A stretch of DNA of 64,000 bases from Dehalococcoidia bacterium (lineage in GTDB: Bacteria; Chloroflexota; Dehalococcoidia; Lucifugimonadales; QGNO01). The stretch lies in assembly GCA_034422935.1 (NCBI GenBank), contig DAOUJH010000004.1:5269-69268 (forward strand). The letters are read 5' to 3'. The translations under genes were made by a program, and so were the position numbers. Positions 28,828-38,692 of the stretch are shown in pieces (the first letter of the stretch is position 1; every line of letters begins with the position of its first letter). The notes under the pieces were generated by a model that saw only the letters and a list, made by a program, of their open reading frames with translations, was not told the origin of the DNA and made no database searches.

Positions 28828-30270
28828 ATGACGAAACCCAACTTCAAGAACCGCACTCTTTGGACGGGCGACAACCTGGACATCATGCGGGGTCTCAACT
28901 CTGAGACCGTTGACCTGATCTACCTGGACCCGCCGTTCAACTCCAACCGGGACTACGCAGCGCCGATAGGTTCAGCGGCTGCAGGCGCGGCCTTCAAGGA
29001 CACCTGGACACTTTCCGACGTAGACCTAGCGTGGCACGGGGAGATAGCGGAGGCCAACCCTGCCCTATACCGCGTGATAGATGCGGTACGGGAGGCGCAT
29101 GGCAAGGGGATGCAGTCCTATCTCATTATGATGGCCGTCCGGCTTTTAGAGATGAAGCGATTGTTGAAGTCTACAGGCAGCATTTACCTACACTGTGACC
29201 CGACGGCGAGCCACTATCTGAAACTGCTAATGGATACGGTGTTTGGAGCAAGACAGTTTTGGGCGAATATCACTTGGAAACGCACTTCGGCGCACAACGA
29301 CAGACTCTTTGGTTCCGAGTCTGACACTATTCTCATGTACGGCGGTAGTAAACAGAATCGCGACGCCGTGCTGGTACCACATACCGAAAAAAACCTTGCG
29401 TCAAAGTACCGGTACGAGGATGACAATGGGAGATACCGGACTGGTGACCTAACTGGCGCAGGCACGAGTGAAGGGGAATCGGGTTCAGCATGGCGCGGTT
29501 TCGACCCAAGCGCTATTGGACGCCATTGGGCGGTTCCAAAAACAGGCGCATACGCTCGGTATCTCGATAAGCTGTTGCCTGGCTATCTCAGTATTAACGG
29601 CGTCCACGAACGACTTGACTCACTGGATGAGGCGGGGATGATTCACTATTCCTCAAGAGGTGGCATGCCAGCGCTAAAGCGTTACCTGCCGCCAGATGCA
29701 GGTCGCCTTCCTGGCGACTTGTGGACGGACATTGATGTTGTCAACGCCCAAGCTAAAGAGCGAATAGGCTACCCTACCCAGAAGCCCCTGGCGCTCTTGG
29801 AGCGCATCATCAAGGCCAGCAGCAACGAGGGAGATGTAGTGCTTGATCCGTTCTGCGGTTGTGCCACGGCTCTTGTAGCGGCGGAGAAACTGGAACGCGA
29901 GTGGGTGGGCATTGACATATCGTCCAAGGCTAGGGATCTCGTCAAAGTCCGTATGGGGAAGGAGCTTGGCCTGTTCAGCATCGGAACGGTCTACCGTGAC
30001 GACGTTCCGATGCGTACTGACCTTGGCGAGTTGCCCCATTACAAGACGCACAAGCACACGCTGTTTGGAAAACAGGAGGGGCACTGTGCCGGGTGCAAGC
30101 ACGACTTCCCGTTTCGCAACTTCACCGTTGATCACATCGTGTCGCAGTCAAAGGGCGGCACCGACCATATAGACAACCTTCAACTGCTATGTAACGCCTG
30201 CAACTCCATGAAGGGAACCAAGACCCAAGAGGAGTTCCTGGTGGCGCTGAAGCAGGCAGGGATTGGGTAG
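28828..30270 (+). CDS. beta-class N6-adenine/N4-cytosine DNA methyltransferase fused to a C-terminal HNH endonuclease
   Basis: Motif IV 'LIYLDPPFNS' is N-terminal and motif I 'VLDPFCGCATALVAA' comes later, which is the beta-class order. The C-terminus 'HCAGCKHDFPFRNFTVDHIVSQSKGGTDHIDNLQLLCNACNSMKG' is a CxxC...DH...N...CxxC HNH finger. Confidence 0.85.
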   Translation: MTKPNFKNRTLWTGDNLDIMRGLNSETVDLIYLDPPFNSNRDYAAPIGSAAAGAAFKDTWTLSDVDLAWHGEIAEANPALYRVIDAVREAHGKGMQSYLIMMAVRLLEMKRLLKSTGSIYLHCDPTASHYLKLLMDTVFGARQFWANITWKRTSAHNDRLFGSESDTILMYGGSKQNRDAVLVPHTEKNLASKYRYEDDNGRYRTGDLTGAGTSEGESGSAWRGFDPSAIGRHWAVPKTGAYARYLDKLLPGYLSINGVHERLDSLDEAGMIHYSSRGGMPALKRYLPPDAGRLPGDLWTDIDVVNAQAKERIGYPTQKPLALLERIIKASSNEGDVVLDPFCGCATALVAAEKLEREWVGIDISSKARDLVKVRMGKELGLFSIGTVYRDDVPMRTDLGELPHYKTHKHTLFGKQEGHCAGCKHDFPFRNFTVDHIVSQSKGGTDHIDNLQLLCNACNSMKGTKTQEEFLVALKQAGIG

Positions 30271-30319
30271 GTAGTTGGTGAGACAAGCACTATCGGCAAA
30301 CGAGAGATAGCGGCCTCTC

Positions 30320-30874
30320 TTAGAAGCTCTCGGAGCTAAGCCCCTGCCACACAGTTCTTTGGCGAGTGCTTGCCCAGCGTATACACTCGGCGACCAACTC
30401 GCACGTTTCCAAATCCTCTTCCTTGTATAGGTAAAGGTCATGATACGCTTGAACTGTGTTGCTGATTAGGTTTTCCCCTGGCTTATAATGTTCGGCAGGG
30501 AATAGCACTCCTGTCTTGAAAATAATCTCGGGTATGCTGACAAAGTGACCAAGCTCAACTATAGCTCCGGTAGCATTCTCCACGTTCAATACTATTACAA
30601 GATCAACGGCAGTATTGCTGAGCAACTGCCGTTCCTGCACTACCACAGGCAGAAAGGGGATATCTTCTACACGATCCTCTGGGAAAAACGTTTCGTGGCC
30701 AGTTTCCTGTAGCGCGCGCGCAATTTGGTGCCGCTTTTGGCTACCTCTGTTACCTTCATCGTCTAGGTGTGGGCCAAGAACGGCTATACTAAGTCGGATT
30801 GCCTTCACTTGAGCATCAATTTCTGCCCACTGTTCAGCGAGCAGTTGTTCAAAGGCACCAAGTCTATCGGTCAT
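30320..30874 (-). CDS. hypothetical protein with a nucleoside 2-deoxyribosyltransferase-like (NDT/Rossmann) motif
   Basis: 184 aa. 'LSIAVLGPHL' is a beta1-Gly-like start. 'VDLVIVLNVENATGAIVELGHFVSIPE' resembles the NDT-family D-x-G-T-x-x-E-x-G catalytic-Glu motif. It overlaps the upstream gene by 11 nt. Confidence 0.55.
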   Translation of the reverse strand: MTDRLGAFEQLLAEQWAEIDAQVKAIRLSIAVLGPHLDDEGNRGSQKRHQIARALQETGHETFFPEDRVEDIPFLPVVVQERQLLSNTAVDLVIVLNVENATGAIVELGHFVSIPEIIFKTGVLFPAEHYKPGENLISNTVQAYHDLYLYKEEDLETCELVAECIRWASTRQRTVWQGLSSESF

Positions 30875-31352
30875 TATTGACGATAGATTCGATAAAGGCT
30901 TGCCCAGCTTCCGTGATGTAGATTACATTGGCTCCAATCGCGCAAAAGTTTGCGGCTGTCAGCCTTGCCAGTGGGATGCCACTTTGACAGGGGTTGAATT
31001 CCGCGAGCCTAATGCTGGTTTCCTGATATAATCTTGCCAAGAGCAAAGTAGCGTTCTCATCCCCAAGAACCTCGGCGGCCTTACGCCGAAAGTGGTTGTT
31101 GGCATTGTTTAAACGAGTGCCTAGATCGTCAAGCAGTCTCTTGGGCTTATCACTGAAGCCTACAACGCCCCAAGCCGTATCCTGTTGAAGGCTGTGTAGC
31201 CAATGCCGGAGGGACGCTTTTAAGTGACTTGGAGGGCCATAGCTGGGAGACGACGAATCTAATGGCCAAGCTGGCTGTTGGCGTGCGTCGCCGAACCAAA
31301 TAATTGTAGCCTCGGGTGGTTGAGATACATCAACTGCTGGCACCTTCCTCAC
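30864..31352 (-). CDS. hypothetical protein (162 aa), middle gene of the overlapping triad
   Basis: ORF overlapping both neighbours (23 nt and 11 nt). The C-terminal ~60 aa look helical or winged-helix-like, but this is a low-certainty impression. Confidence 0.45.
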   Translation of the reverse strand: MRKVPAVDVSQPPEATIIWFGDARQQPAWPLDSSSPSYGPPSHLKASLRHWLHSLQQDTAWGVVGFSDKPKRLLDDLGTRLNNANNHFRRKAAEVLGDENATLLLARLYQETSIRLAEFNPCQSGIPLARLTAANFCAIGANVIYITEAGQAFIESIVNNDR

Positions 31353-32034
31353 CTCCTAAGCGAAGTACGAATTGCGACGAGATCGTTTGGACATAACTAA
31401 ACAACTGCGATACTGACTTACTGCCTATTCGAACTACAGGCTCCAACTCTACTAAGTGCGAAACCGAATCAGCGTCCTCGCTTATTGTGATGCGATACTC
31501 GATTCGGCTATCCACCCTACGGCTGAACTGCGCCTCCTCGATATGGGTAGCTCCGTTGGGATCGCCCATGATTAGCGGAATTGGGAAACGAGTCCTTGAC
31601 TGATAGCGTTGTACATCGTATTCAAATTCAGCGTAGCAGGTAACCTTTATAGTTCCAAACAGACGCTCAGAAATCTCCATCAGAGCGGAAACTGGTCTTA
31701 TGGCTTTAGGGGGACGTCGTAGGTTATCGGCGGCAGCGATGCTATCAAGCCACAGGCCGATAGACAGAGTGTCGTCCGCATCGACTGACTTTGACAGCCT
31801 GCCCACAGCTTGGTGGGTGGCTCCCCTAAACCTGTATCTAGAGCCAAAGAACGCAAAGACTACGGATTGCTTATTTTCATAAGACGCTGTCCGGTCTATG
31901 AGCGCCTGAATCTCTGGGCCGTTGGCACTGGGCAGAGTTGCCTTCCCATGTATTCTGAAGGAAACACAATTTTGACTAGCCAAGTTGAGTCTCATAAGCC
32001 GCGATGTATCCTCTCGTACATTGTACCAGCCCAA
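31330..32034 (-). CDS. hypothetical protein (234 aa), first gene of the overlapping triad
   Basis: ORF only, with no recognisable motif. Its composition is AT-richer than the core genes. Confidence 0.45.
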   Translation of the reverse strand: MGWYNVREDTSRLMRLNLASQNCVSFRIHGKATLPSANGPEIQALIDRTASYENKQSVVFAFFGSRYRFRGATHQAVGRLSKSVDADDTLSIGLWLDSIAAADNLRRPPKAIRPVSALMEISERLFGTIKVTCYAEFEYDVQRYQSRTRFPIPLIMGDPNGATHIEEAQFSRRVDSRIEYRITISEDADSVSHLVELEPVVRIGSKSVSQLFSYVQTISSQFVLRLGGEEGASS

Positions 32035-32204
32035 CTCGTGGTAGCAACAGTATCACTTGGTAGGGCGCGTAGTCAAATGGACGTCCACTGGTCCCGTGCA
32101 TCAAAAGGCGCAGTTTCTAACAGACACTCAACCCTTCCCACCCTAGAATTTGCCATGCAACGTGGGCTGTATGCTAGACTTGGATAGGACCGGGTCACAA
32201 CGCA

Positions 32205-32987
32205 ATGCAGCTTTCACAAGATCCAGAGCAACAGGACACTCCCCAGGACGATGCTTCCACCGTCTCCGTGGAAACGGAGGCGGAACAAAGCGCCGACGTC
32301 GCTGAGGAGACGTCCTCGTTCAGCGCCTGGCGCGCGGACCTGCTCCTTGCCGCCTTGATCCTGGCCGTATTCATCACCGACCAGATGACAAAGTCGTGGG
32401 TAAGGGCCAGCCTCATCGAAGGCTCATCAAGGCCAAGCGAAGGGTTCCTGAGAATCACCCACGTCAGCAACACGGGCAGCGCCTTCGGCCTGTTCCCCAA
32501 CCAGACCATGTTCCTTCTCATTGCCTCTCTTGTGGGCATAGCGGTATTGCTCGTCTTCTTCCGAAAGCAAGCGGGCCGGGGTTTCATGGTGCGCACCAGC
32601 CTTGGGCTACAGCTCGGCGGCGCGACGGGCAACCTTGTCGACCGCATCACCATGGGCAAAGTCACCGACTTCATCGACGTTGGCGCATGGCCCGTGTTCA
32701 ACCTGGCCGACGCCTCCATCGTCACCGGCATAGTCATACTGGCCTGGCTCCTCTTTCGTGCTCCCAAGGACACACAGGCGGCGGAAGAAGCGGCGGAAGT
32801 GGAGGATGCGTTGGAGGCGGAACCCGAACCCGCCATGGAGCCGTCGCAGCCGCAAGATGCGGTGGAAGCTGAGCCCGTCCCAGAGACATCGACGCCAGCA
32901 GAATCAGCGGTGGAATCGGAACCCGGATCCGTCGCGGAGCCGTCACCACCAGCACCGAAACAGGCCGAGTCAGAGACCCATCCGTGA
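32205..32987 (+). CDS. lspA: lipoprotein signal peptidase II with acidic N- and C-terminal extensions
   Basis: 'ITDQMTKSWV', 'ITHVSNTGSAFGLF' and 'DFIDVGAWPVFNLADASIVTGIVIL' are LspA motifs. An acidic low-complexity tail of about 75 aa follows. Confidence 0.85.
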   Translation: MQLSQDPEQQDTPQDDASTVSVETEAEQSADVAEETSSFSAWRADLLLAALILAVFITDQMTKSWVRASLIEGSSRPSEGFLRITHVSNTGSAFGLFPNQTMFLLIASLVGIAVLLVFFRKQAGRGFMVRTSLGLQLGGATGNLVDRITMGKVTDFIDVGAWPVFNLADASIVTGIVILAWLLFRAPKDTQAAEEAAEVEDALEAEPEPAMEPSQPQDAVEAEPVPETSTPAESAVESEPGSVAEPSPPAPKQAESETHP

Positions 32988-33907
32988 CCCGCGTCTCCAA
33001 CCATCTGGTCGATTCCGATGAAGGACAGCGACTGGATACCTACGTAGCCGGCCTTCTCAGCCGGTTGTCTCGCTCCCAGGTGCAGCGTTTGATCCAGGAC
33101 GGGCTGGTGCGGGTCAACGGCTCCCCTGCCCGACCGTCGGCCAGAATCAAGCGCGGCGACTCCGTTCACATAGAGACCGTGCCGCAGAGCTTGGAAGAGA
33201 AGCCGCTTCCTGAAGAGCTGCCCCTGAGAATCGTTCATGAGGACCAGGACGTGATCGTGGTTGACAAACCGGCCGGACTCACCGTTCACCCCGGGCCCGG
33301 ACATCCGCGGGGCACGCTGGTAAACGCGCTGCTTGCCCGCTATCCTGAGTTGGAAGCAGTGGGAGACGCGTCGCGCCCCGGCCTGGTACACCGCCTTGAC
33401 GCCGACACATCGGGGCTAATGGTAGTCGCCAGGTCGGCGCACTCCTATGCGGAGTTGGCGCGCCGGATGAAGGAGCACTCCTTCACCAAGGTATACCTGG
33501 CGCTGGTGAAAGGCCGCCCTCAGCCCGCGGAAGGCGCAATAGATGCGCCGATAGCCCGCAACCCGCGCTCGCGGCAGAAGATGGGCATAGTCGAGGGCGG
33601 GCGCGCTTCCCTAACCGAGTACCGCACCATTGAAACGCTGGACGGCTTCACCCTGCTGGAAGTACGGCCAAAGACGGGAAGGACGCACCAGATACGAGTC
33701 CACATGGCGGCCATCGGTCACCCCGTGGCGGGCGACTCCAAGTACGGGGGAAGGGTAAAGTTCCTCAGGCGACAGTTCCTCCACGCCTGCAAGCTGGGCT
33801 TCTTCCTGCCCTCCACGGGAGAGCCCGTGGAGTTCACCTCTGAGCTGCCGCCAGACCTGCAAGAGGCGCTGGACTGCCTGAAGCCTGATTCCGCGCGGAG
33901 CCGCTAA
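32984..33907 (+). CDS. rluD: RluA-family 23S rRNA pseudouridine synthase (RluD-like)
   Basis: S4-like N-terminus and catalytic motif 'HRLDADTSGLMVVA'. GTGA overlap with lspA. Confidence 0.85.
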   Translation: MTRVSNHLVDSDEGQRLDTYVAGLLSRLSRSQVQRLIQDGLVRVNGSPARPSARIKRGDSVHIETVPQSLEEKPLPEELPLRIVHEDQDVIVVDKPAGLTVHPGPGHPRGTLVNALLARYPELEAVGDASRPGLVHRLDADTSGLMVVARSAHSYAELARRMKEHSFTKVYLALVKGRPQPAEGAIDAPIARNPRSRQKMGIVEGGRASLTEYRTIETLDGFTLLEVRPKTGRTHQIRVHMAAIGHPVAGDSKYGGRVKFLRRQFLHACKLGFFLPSTGEPVEFTSELPPDLQEALDCLKPDSARSR

Positions 33908-34281
33908 GCCGCCGCCTGCTGCCGGGCTCTGCTCCTCCTTGCCGACCTGGTGTTCAACTCGGCTTGGATGAACATCATCGCCAGCGGCGGCGCAAGCCAG
34001 AGAACGAAGATAAACGTTGCTCCATACCCTTCATGTCCGCCATGCTTGGAGAACTTCTCGACCTCTTGCGCGTGGAACCAAACGGCGAATACGTTCAGCA
34101 CCGGTATCAACGCCATGATCAGCCAGGCCAGCGGGTTGCCGTCCCGCTTGTTGTACGCCATCAACTCGCTTGAAGTCGCATAAAGCCAGTACAGGCCGTA
34201 GACTCCCAGCGTGACGTGGAAGAGAATGAAGATGAGTATTACGTTACGATGTTTGATTGTGGCTGTATTTTGTTCCGTCAT
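33904..34281 (-). CDS. DUF4234-like small membrane protein
   Basis: 'ILIFILFHVTLGVYGLYWLY' is typical of the DUF4234 pattern. Three TM segments. Confidence 0.6.
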   Translation of the reverse strand: MTEQNTATIKHRNVILIFILFHVTLGVYGLYWLYATSSELMAYNKRDGNPLAWLIMALIPVLNVFAVWFHAQEVEKFSKHGGHEGYGATFIFVLWLAPPLAMMFIQAELNTRSARRSRARQQAAA

Positions 34282-34366
34282 ATCCTTGTATCCTAAAGAG
34301 CTGGCAGGCCTATTCTAAAGAACAAGTCCTGCCATATCAATTGCCGCATGCTGTATTCTATGTAGA

Positions 34367-35848
34367 ATGAACAATCATCCTGTCCGTGTCCGCTATGCCC
34401 CCAGCCCCACCGGCTACCCGCACGTGGGCAATATCCGCACCGCCCTTTTCAACTGGCTATACGCACGCCATACCGGCGGCTCTTTCATTGTGCGGATTGA
34501 AGATACCGATCAGGCCAGGAGCATAGAGGGCGCGCTGCAGAACATCCTAGAATCGCTGAACTGGCTCGGCCTGGACTGGGACGAAGGGCCGGAGGTCGGC
34601 GGGTCTTACGGCCCCTATCTGCAGTCGCAGCGCCTAGACCTGTATCATCGCGCCGTGCGGGAGATGGTGGAACGGGATCAGGCCTACTACTGCTACTGCA
34701 CTCCGGAAGAGCTGGACCGGATGCGCAAGGAGCAGCAGAAACAGGGCCTGCCTCCACGCTACGACAGACGCTGCCGGGATCCCGAGTATGCCAAGCCCAG
34801 GGCCGAGCAAGGCCTGCCTTGCGTCGTCAGGTTCGCCACGCCGCTGGAGGGGCCGCCGGTGACCGTCCACGACCTGATTCGCGGTGAGGTTACCGTTGAG
34901 CTGCCCGTCATCGACGACTTCGTCATCCTCAAGTCGGACGAATTCCCCACCTACCACCTGGCCAACGTGGTAGACGACCACGAGATGCGCATCAGCCACG
35001 TCATGCGCGCCGAGGAGTGGCTTCCCAGCACGCCTCGCCACGTCCTGCTCTACGATGCGCTGGGCTACCAGCCCCCCGCATTCGCCCATCTGCCCATGAT
35101 CTTGGGCTCGGACCGCGCCAAGCTATCCAAGCGTCACGGCGCAGCCTCTCTGCTCGAATTTCGCGATCTGGGGTATCTGCCGGACGCCATGCTCAACTTT
35201 CTTGTCCTGCTTGGATGGTCACTGGACGATAGGACGGAGCTCTTCTCCCGCGAGGAGCTTGTCCGGCACTTTGCCCTGGAGCGCATCGGCAAGTCGCCCG
35301 CCATCTTCAACATCGACAAGCTGGAGTGGATGAACGGCGTCTACATCCGCGGCATGTCCACGGAAGAGCTGGCGGAGCATCTGCGCCAGGCGCTGCAGGC
35401 CTATATAGCGGAGCACGATCCGCCCGGGACCATCCATCTCGATCAGGACTACCTGATGCGCATCGTCCCCCTGCTCCATGAGCGATTCAAGAAGCTGTCG
35501 CCGGAGGAGGTCTGGGGACTTACCTCCTTCTTCCTTGTAGAAGACCTGGAGTACACCGTTCCTCTGACTCCCAAGGGGCTGGACAAGGACGGCGCTCTCA
35601 GCGCTCTGCAGGCCGTTGTCCAGGAGCTGCACCCCATCGCGGAGTTCGATGTATCCACTCTGGAAGGCGTGCTGCGCTCACTGGCGGAGCGGCTCGGCGT
35701 GAAGACGGGGCCACTTTTCGGGGCCGTGCGCCTGGCTGTGACCGGCAGTACCGCCGCTCCACCCCTTTTCGACACCCTGGCCGTGCTGGGCAAGGACCGG
35801 GTGATGAAGCGGCTAGGCAAGGCGGTGTCGGTTTTGGAGAACGGCTAG
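34367..35848 (+). CDS. gltX: glutamate--tRNA ligase
   Basis: 'VRVRYAPSPTGYPHVGNIRTALFNWLYAR' (HIGH region) and 'KLSKRHG' (KMSKS). Confidence 0.9.
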   Translation: MNNHPVRVRYAPSPTGYPHVGNIRTALFNWLYARHTGGSFIVRIEDTDQARSIEGALQNILESLNWLGLDWDEGPEVGGSYGPYLQSQRLDLYHRAVREMVERDQAYYCYCTPEELDRMRKEQQKQGLPPRYDRRCRDPEYAKPRAEQGLPCVVRFATPLEGPPVTVHDLIRGEVTVELPVIDDFVILKSDEFPTYHLANVVDDHEMRISHVMRAEEWLPSTPRHVLLYDALGYQPPAFAHLPMILGSDRAKLSKRHGAASLLEFRDLGYLPDAMLNFLVLLGWSLDDRTELFSREELVRHFALERIGKSPAIFNIDKLEWMNGVYIRGMSTEELAEHLRQALQAYIAEHDPPGTIHLDQDYLMRIVPLLHERFKKLSPEEVWGLTSFFLVEDLEYTVPLTPKGLDKDGALSALQAVVQELHPIAEFDVSTLEGVLRSLAERLGVKTGPLFGAVRLAVTGSTAAPPLFDTLAVLGKDRVMKRLGKAVSVLENG

Positions 35849-35866
35849 GAAGGGACTTCACGCCCG

Positions 35867-37531
35867 TTAGAGTTCAGCAACTCGGAGATGCCAGTCAGTT
35901 ACGGCCTGGTACGCATGCGCAACCCTGAGGACGGTAGCCTCTTGGAACATGCTCCCTGTGATTTGCAGCCCCAAGGGCAAGCCGGTTGAGCTGAAACCGC
36001 AAGGCAGCGCTATGGAGGGCACTCCCACGAGATTTGAAGCGGACGTCAAGTTGGGAGAGTTCAACATCCGGTCCAGGACATCGTCCTTGTTAGTGGACTT
36101 GGATGGCGGTGCGATCTTGGGCGCAGGGCCGGTCGCGCCGGGGTAGACCAACACATCGAACTTAGACAGGAGGTCGAGCACGTCCCTTCGGATCAGGTTC
36201 CTCAATCTGTAAGCCACACTCACGACGGAAGCGGGCATCAATGCAGCGGTGAGGAAACGCGTCCTTGTCGCGTAGTCGTACAGTTCGGGATGCTGCTTGA
36301 ACCGGGCAAGATGGAGGTTCGCGTTATTGACCTGATCCGCGACACCACTGGCAACGCCGACGTATTGAATGTTGGGCAGCGAGACCTCTTCCACCCTTGT
36401 TCCCTGGTCGTTCAGCGCCTTGACAGCTGCAAGAACGGCGTCACGCATCTCCGGATGTATATCGTCGTGATACAGGAGCTGCTTTACTACCCCGACTCGC
36501 ATCCCTGCGATGTCGCCGGTTAGGAACGCTTCGTAGTGAGGAACGGGTCTTCTGCTTGTGGTGATATCCGAAGGATCGTGGCCCGCGATGGCCTCCAGCA
36601 GCCAGGCGCAATCCAGCACGGTCCGTCCCATCGGCCCGATGGTGTCCAAAGACCAGTCGAACTCGGTCATACCGTGGCGGCTTACCCGCCCGTAGGTGGT
36701 CTTCAAACCAACGACCCCGCAGTAGCTCGCCGGGCCTCTTATGGAACCGAGGCTGTCTTCGCCTATTGTGACGGGAAGCTCGCAGGCGGCCACGGCTATA
36801 GCGGAACCGCCGCTCGACCCTCCGGCGGAGTAGTCCAAGTTCCACGGGTTGGTGGGAATGCCGTACGGGTAATAAGTCCGGCCGCCTCCTCCAATGACCG
36901 TCAGGTTCAACTTGCCCATCAGAACAGCGCCCGCTTCCTTGAGCCTGGCGACTATTGTGGCATCGTAGTCAGGGACAAAGTTCTCTCCATATGGCTGTGC
37001 CGTGGTGGTCTTTATCCCCTTTGTGTAAATCTGGTCTTTGATGCCAATGGGAATGCCGTGCAGAGGGCCCCGGTAGTTCCCTTTCAGGATTTCGGCTTCC
37101 GCTTTCCTGGCTGCGCTGAGCGCTTCCTCCCCGGTTACGGTTATGAAACCGTGCACCTTGCTGTCAACGGCGTCTATCCGATCCAGATAGGCCTGCGCAA
37201 CCTCTACCGGGGATATCTCTTTCTTCCTAACGGCGCTGCTCAAATCAGCGGCGGTTAGCGGCGCGGTCACATCAATGGGCCGTGCGACGCTGATTGGCTG
37301 CTGTTGTGCTGGTGAGCGCTTCCCCGGGACTGCATCCTCGTCAGACCAGTCGACGTCCGCTACCCAAGGGATAGGATCGACGTCTTGCCAGAGCGACTCG
37401 TCAAGCCGGGCAATGGCTTCCGACGCTGCGTTGTACTTTGCAGTGACCTCGTCTATCTCCTCATCGTCGATGGGGACATCGAGCCAGGAAGCCAGGCTGC
37501 GGATTTCACTTGAGGTAAGGTTGGACATCAC
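35867..37531 (-). CDS. amidase-signature family amidase
   Basis: 'GGSSGGSAIAVA' sits in a Ser-cisSer-Lys amidase signature context. There is an N-terminal extension of about 90 aa. Confidence 0.85.
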   Translation of the reverse strand: MMSNLTSSEIRSLASWLDVPIDDEEIDEVTAKYNAASEAIARLDESLWQDVDPIPWVADVDWSDEDAVPGKRSPAQQQPISVARPIDVTAPLTAADLSSAVRKKEISPVEVAQAYLDRIDAVDSKVHGFITVTGEEALSAARKAEAEILKGNYRGPLHGIPIGIKDQIYTKGIKTTTAQPYGENFVPDYDATIVARLKEAGAVLMGKLNLTVIGGGGRTYYPYGIPTNPWNLDYSAGGSSGGSAIAVAACELPVTIGEDSLGSIRGPASYCGVVGLKTTYGRVSRHGMTEFDWSLDTIGPMGRTVLDCAWLLEAIAGHDPSDITTSRRPVPHYEAFLTGDIAGMRVGVVKQLLYHDDIHPEMRDAVLAAVKALNDQGTRVEEVSLPNIQYVGVASGVADQVNNANLHLARFKQHPELYDYATRTRFLTAALMPASVVSVAYRLRNLIRRDVLDLLSKFDVLVYPGATGPAPKIAPPSKSTNKDDVLDRMLNSPNLTSASNLVGVPSIALPCGFSSTGLPLGLQITGSMFQEATVLRVAHAYQAVTDWHLRVAEL

Positions 37532-37808
37532 TCTTGCTCCTCAGCCATCTTTCTACCACATTTTGGCAAGCGCTGGGCAAGGAACGCCATGCCCCTCTGG
37601 ACGTTACCCGCGTTCGAAATCTTAGGGCAGTGCATATTACCCTGGGTACGGCGGCGTGGATTGCCTAGCATCAAAAAGTAACACAAGGTCATAGGGAATA
37701 TCCCCTAAAGCAATGCCTAAGTTACGCCCAATGTGATACAGTCCTGATGATAAGGAGGAACTATATACTCCCCTCCAATTGACTTCGAAAGCATAACCTT
37801 CAGATAGG

Positions 37809-38597
37809 ATGCAGCGTGTGAAGAGTAGACTCTGGCAGTACAGGTGGGAAGCGTGGCTAATCATAGGCGTTCCCTCTGTTGCCTATGTGATAAATACCCT
37901 ACTCGCATGGAACCTGTTTTCGGCCTATTACTCTTTTGCGACTTTTGTGAGCCTCATCCCTAGATTCATTCTCCTTGTAGCTTCCTACTATTGGTTTGGG
38001 CGGCATCTGTCCGGGAAGGAACTGCTTCAAGCATTTTGGAGCTACTCCATGATTTCAGGAGGCACATGGCTTATTGCAGAGGCAATTTTGCTTGGCGACG
38101 CGGCCATGAATCCAGATTCAATATATAGAGATTTTCCGTTTACTTCACCATTTGCACTGATAGTTAGGGCTATCGCCGCTCTCATTCAAACTTTTGTGCT
38201 TGTGTGGTTTGCTCGACAACTAACCAGGGTCAGTCTTAGGCATGGACTCTTTTTAGTGGTATTCGCCTCCTTCTCCCTAGGTTCTATCCATGACTACTTC
38301 TCGTACAGCTGGGTGTCTAACCCTCTGGTGGTTGTAAGCTATCTGTCGTTATTGTCCACCTTTGTTACGTTAGTAGTGTCGTTGGTGGAGGTGTGGATAC
38401 TTGGCAGTTTCAACCAACGTGGGGAAAGGTGGCAAAGGAATATCATCATCCTGCTACCAGTAGTTATGTTTACGGGTCTGGGGACCAGGGCGTTTTTGAG
38501 GCCAGACGAGACCGGTATTGTTGTCGCAGTGTCCCTAGCCATTGTTCTCGCGCTAGTCTACGTGTTTAGGGTGAGGAGTGGGCAGGATCGTATATAA
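37809..38597 (+). CDS. hypothetical polytopic membrane protein
   Basis: 262-aa ORF with about 7 hydrophobic segments and AT-richer composition. Confidence 0.5.
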   Translation: MQRVKSRLWQYRWEAWLIIGVPSVAYVINTLLAWNLFSAYYSFATFVSLIPRFILLVASYYWFGRHLSGKELLQAFWSYSMISGGTWLIAEAILLGDAAMNPDSIYRDFPFTSPFALIVRAIAALIQTFVLVWFARQLTRVSLRHGLFLVVFASFSLGSIHDYFSYSWVSNPLVVVSYLSLLSTFVTLVVSLVEVWILGSFNQRGERWQRNIIILLPVVMFTGLGTRAFLRPDETGIVVAVSLAIVLALVYVFRVRSGQDRI

Positions 38598-38692
38598 TTC
38601 CCCCCAAAGCTATACCCCGCCACCGCCGCCAACACCAGAACCTTGCCCCAGAGGCGGCGAGGATGACGCTGCGGCGCAAGGGCACTACCCCA

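Noticed and set aside
32195-33391. 398-aa minus-strand ORF
   Set aside because: It is antisense to the well-supported lspA and rluD genes, is low-complexity (Ser/Ala/Gly/Arg-rich) and has no motifs.
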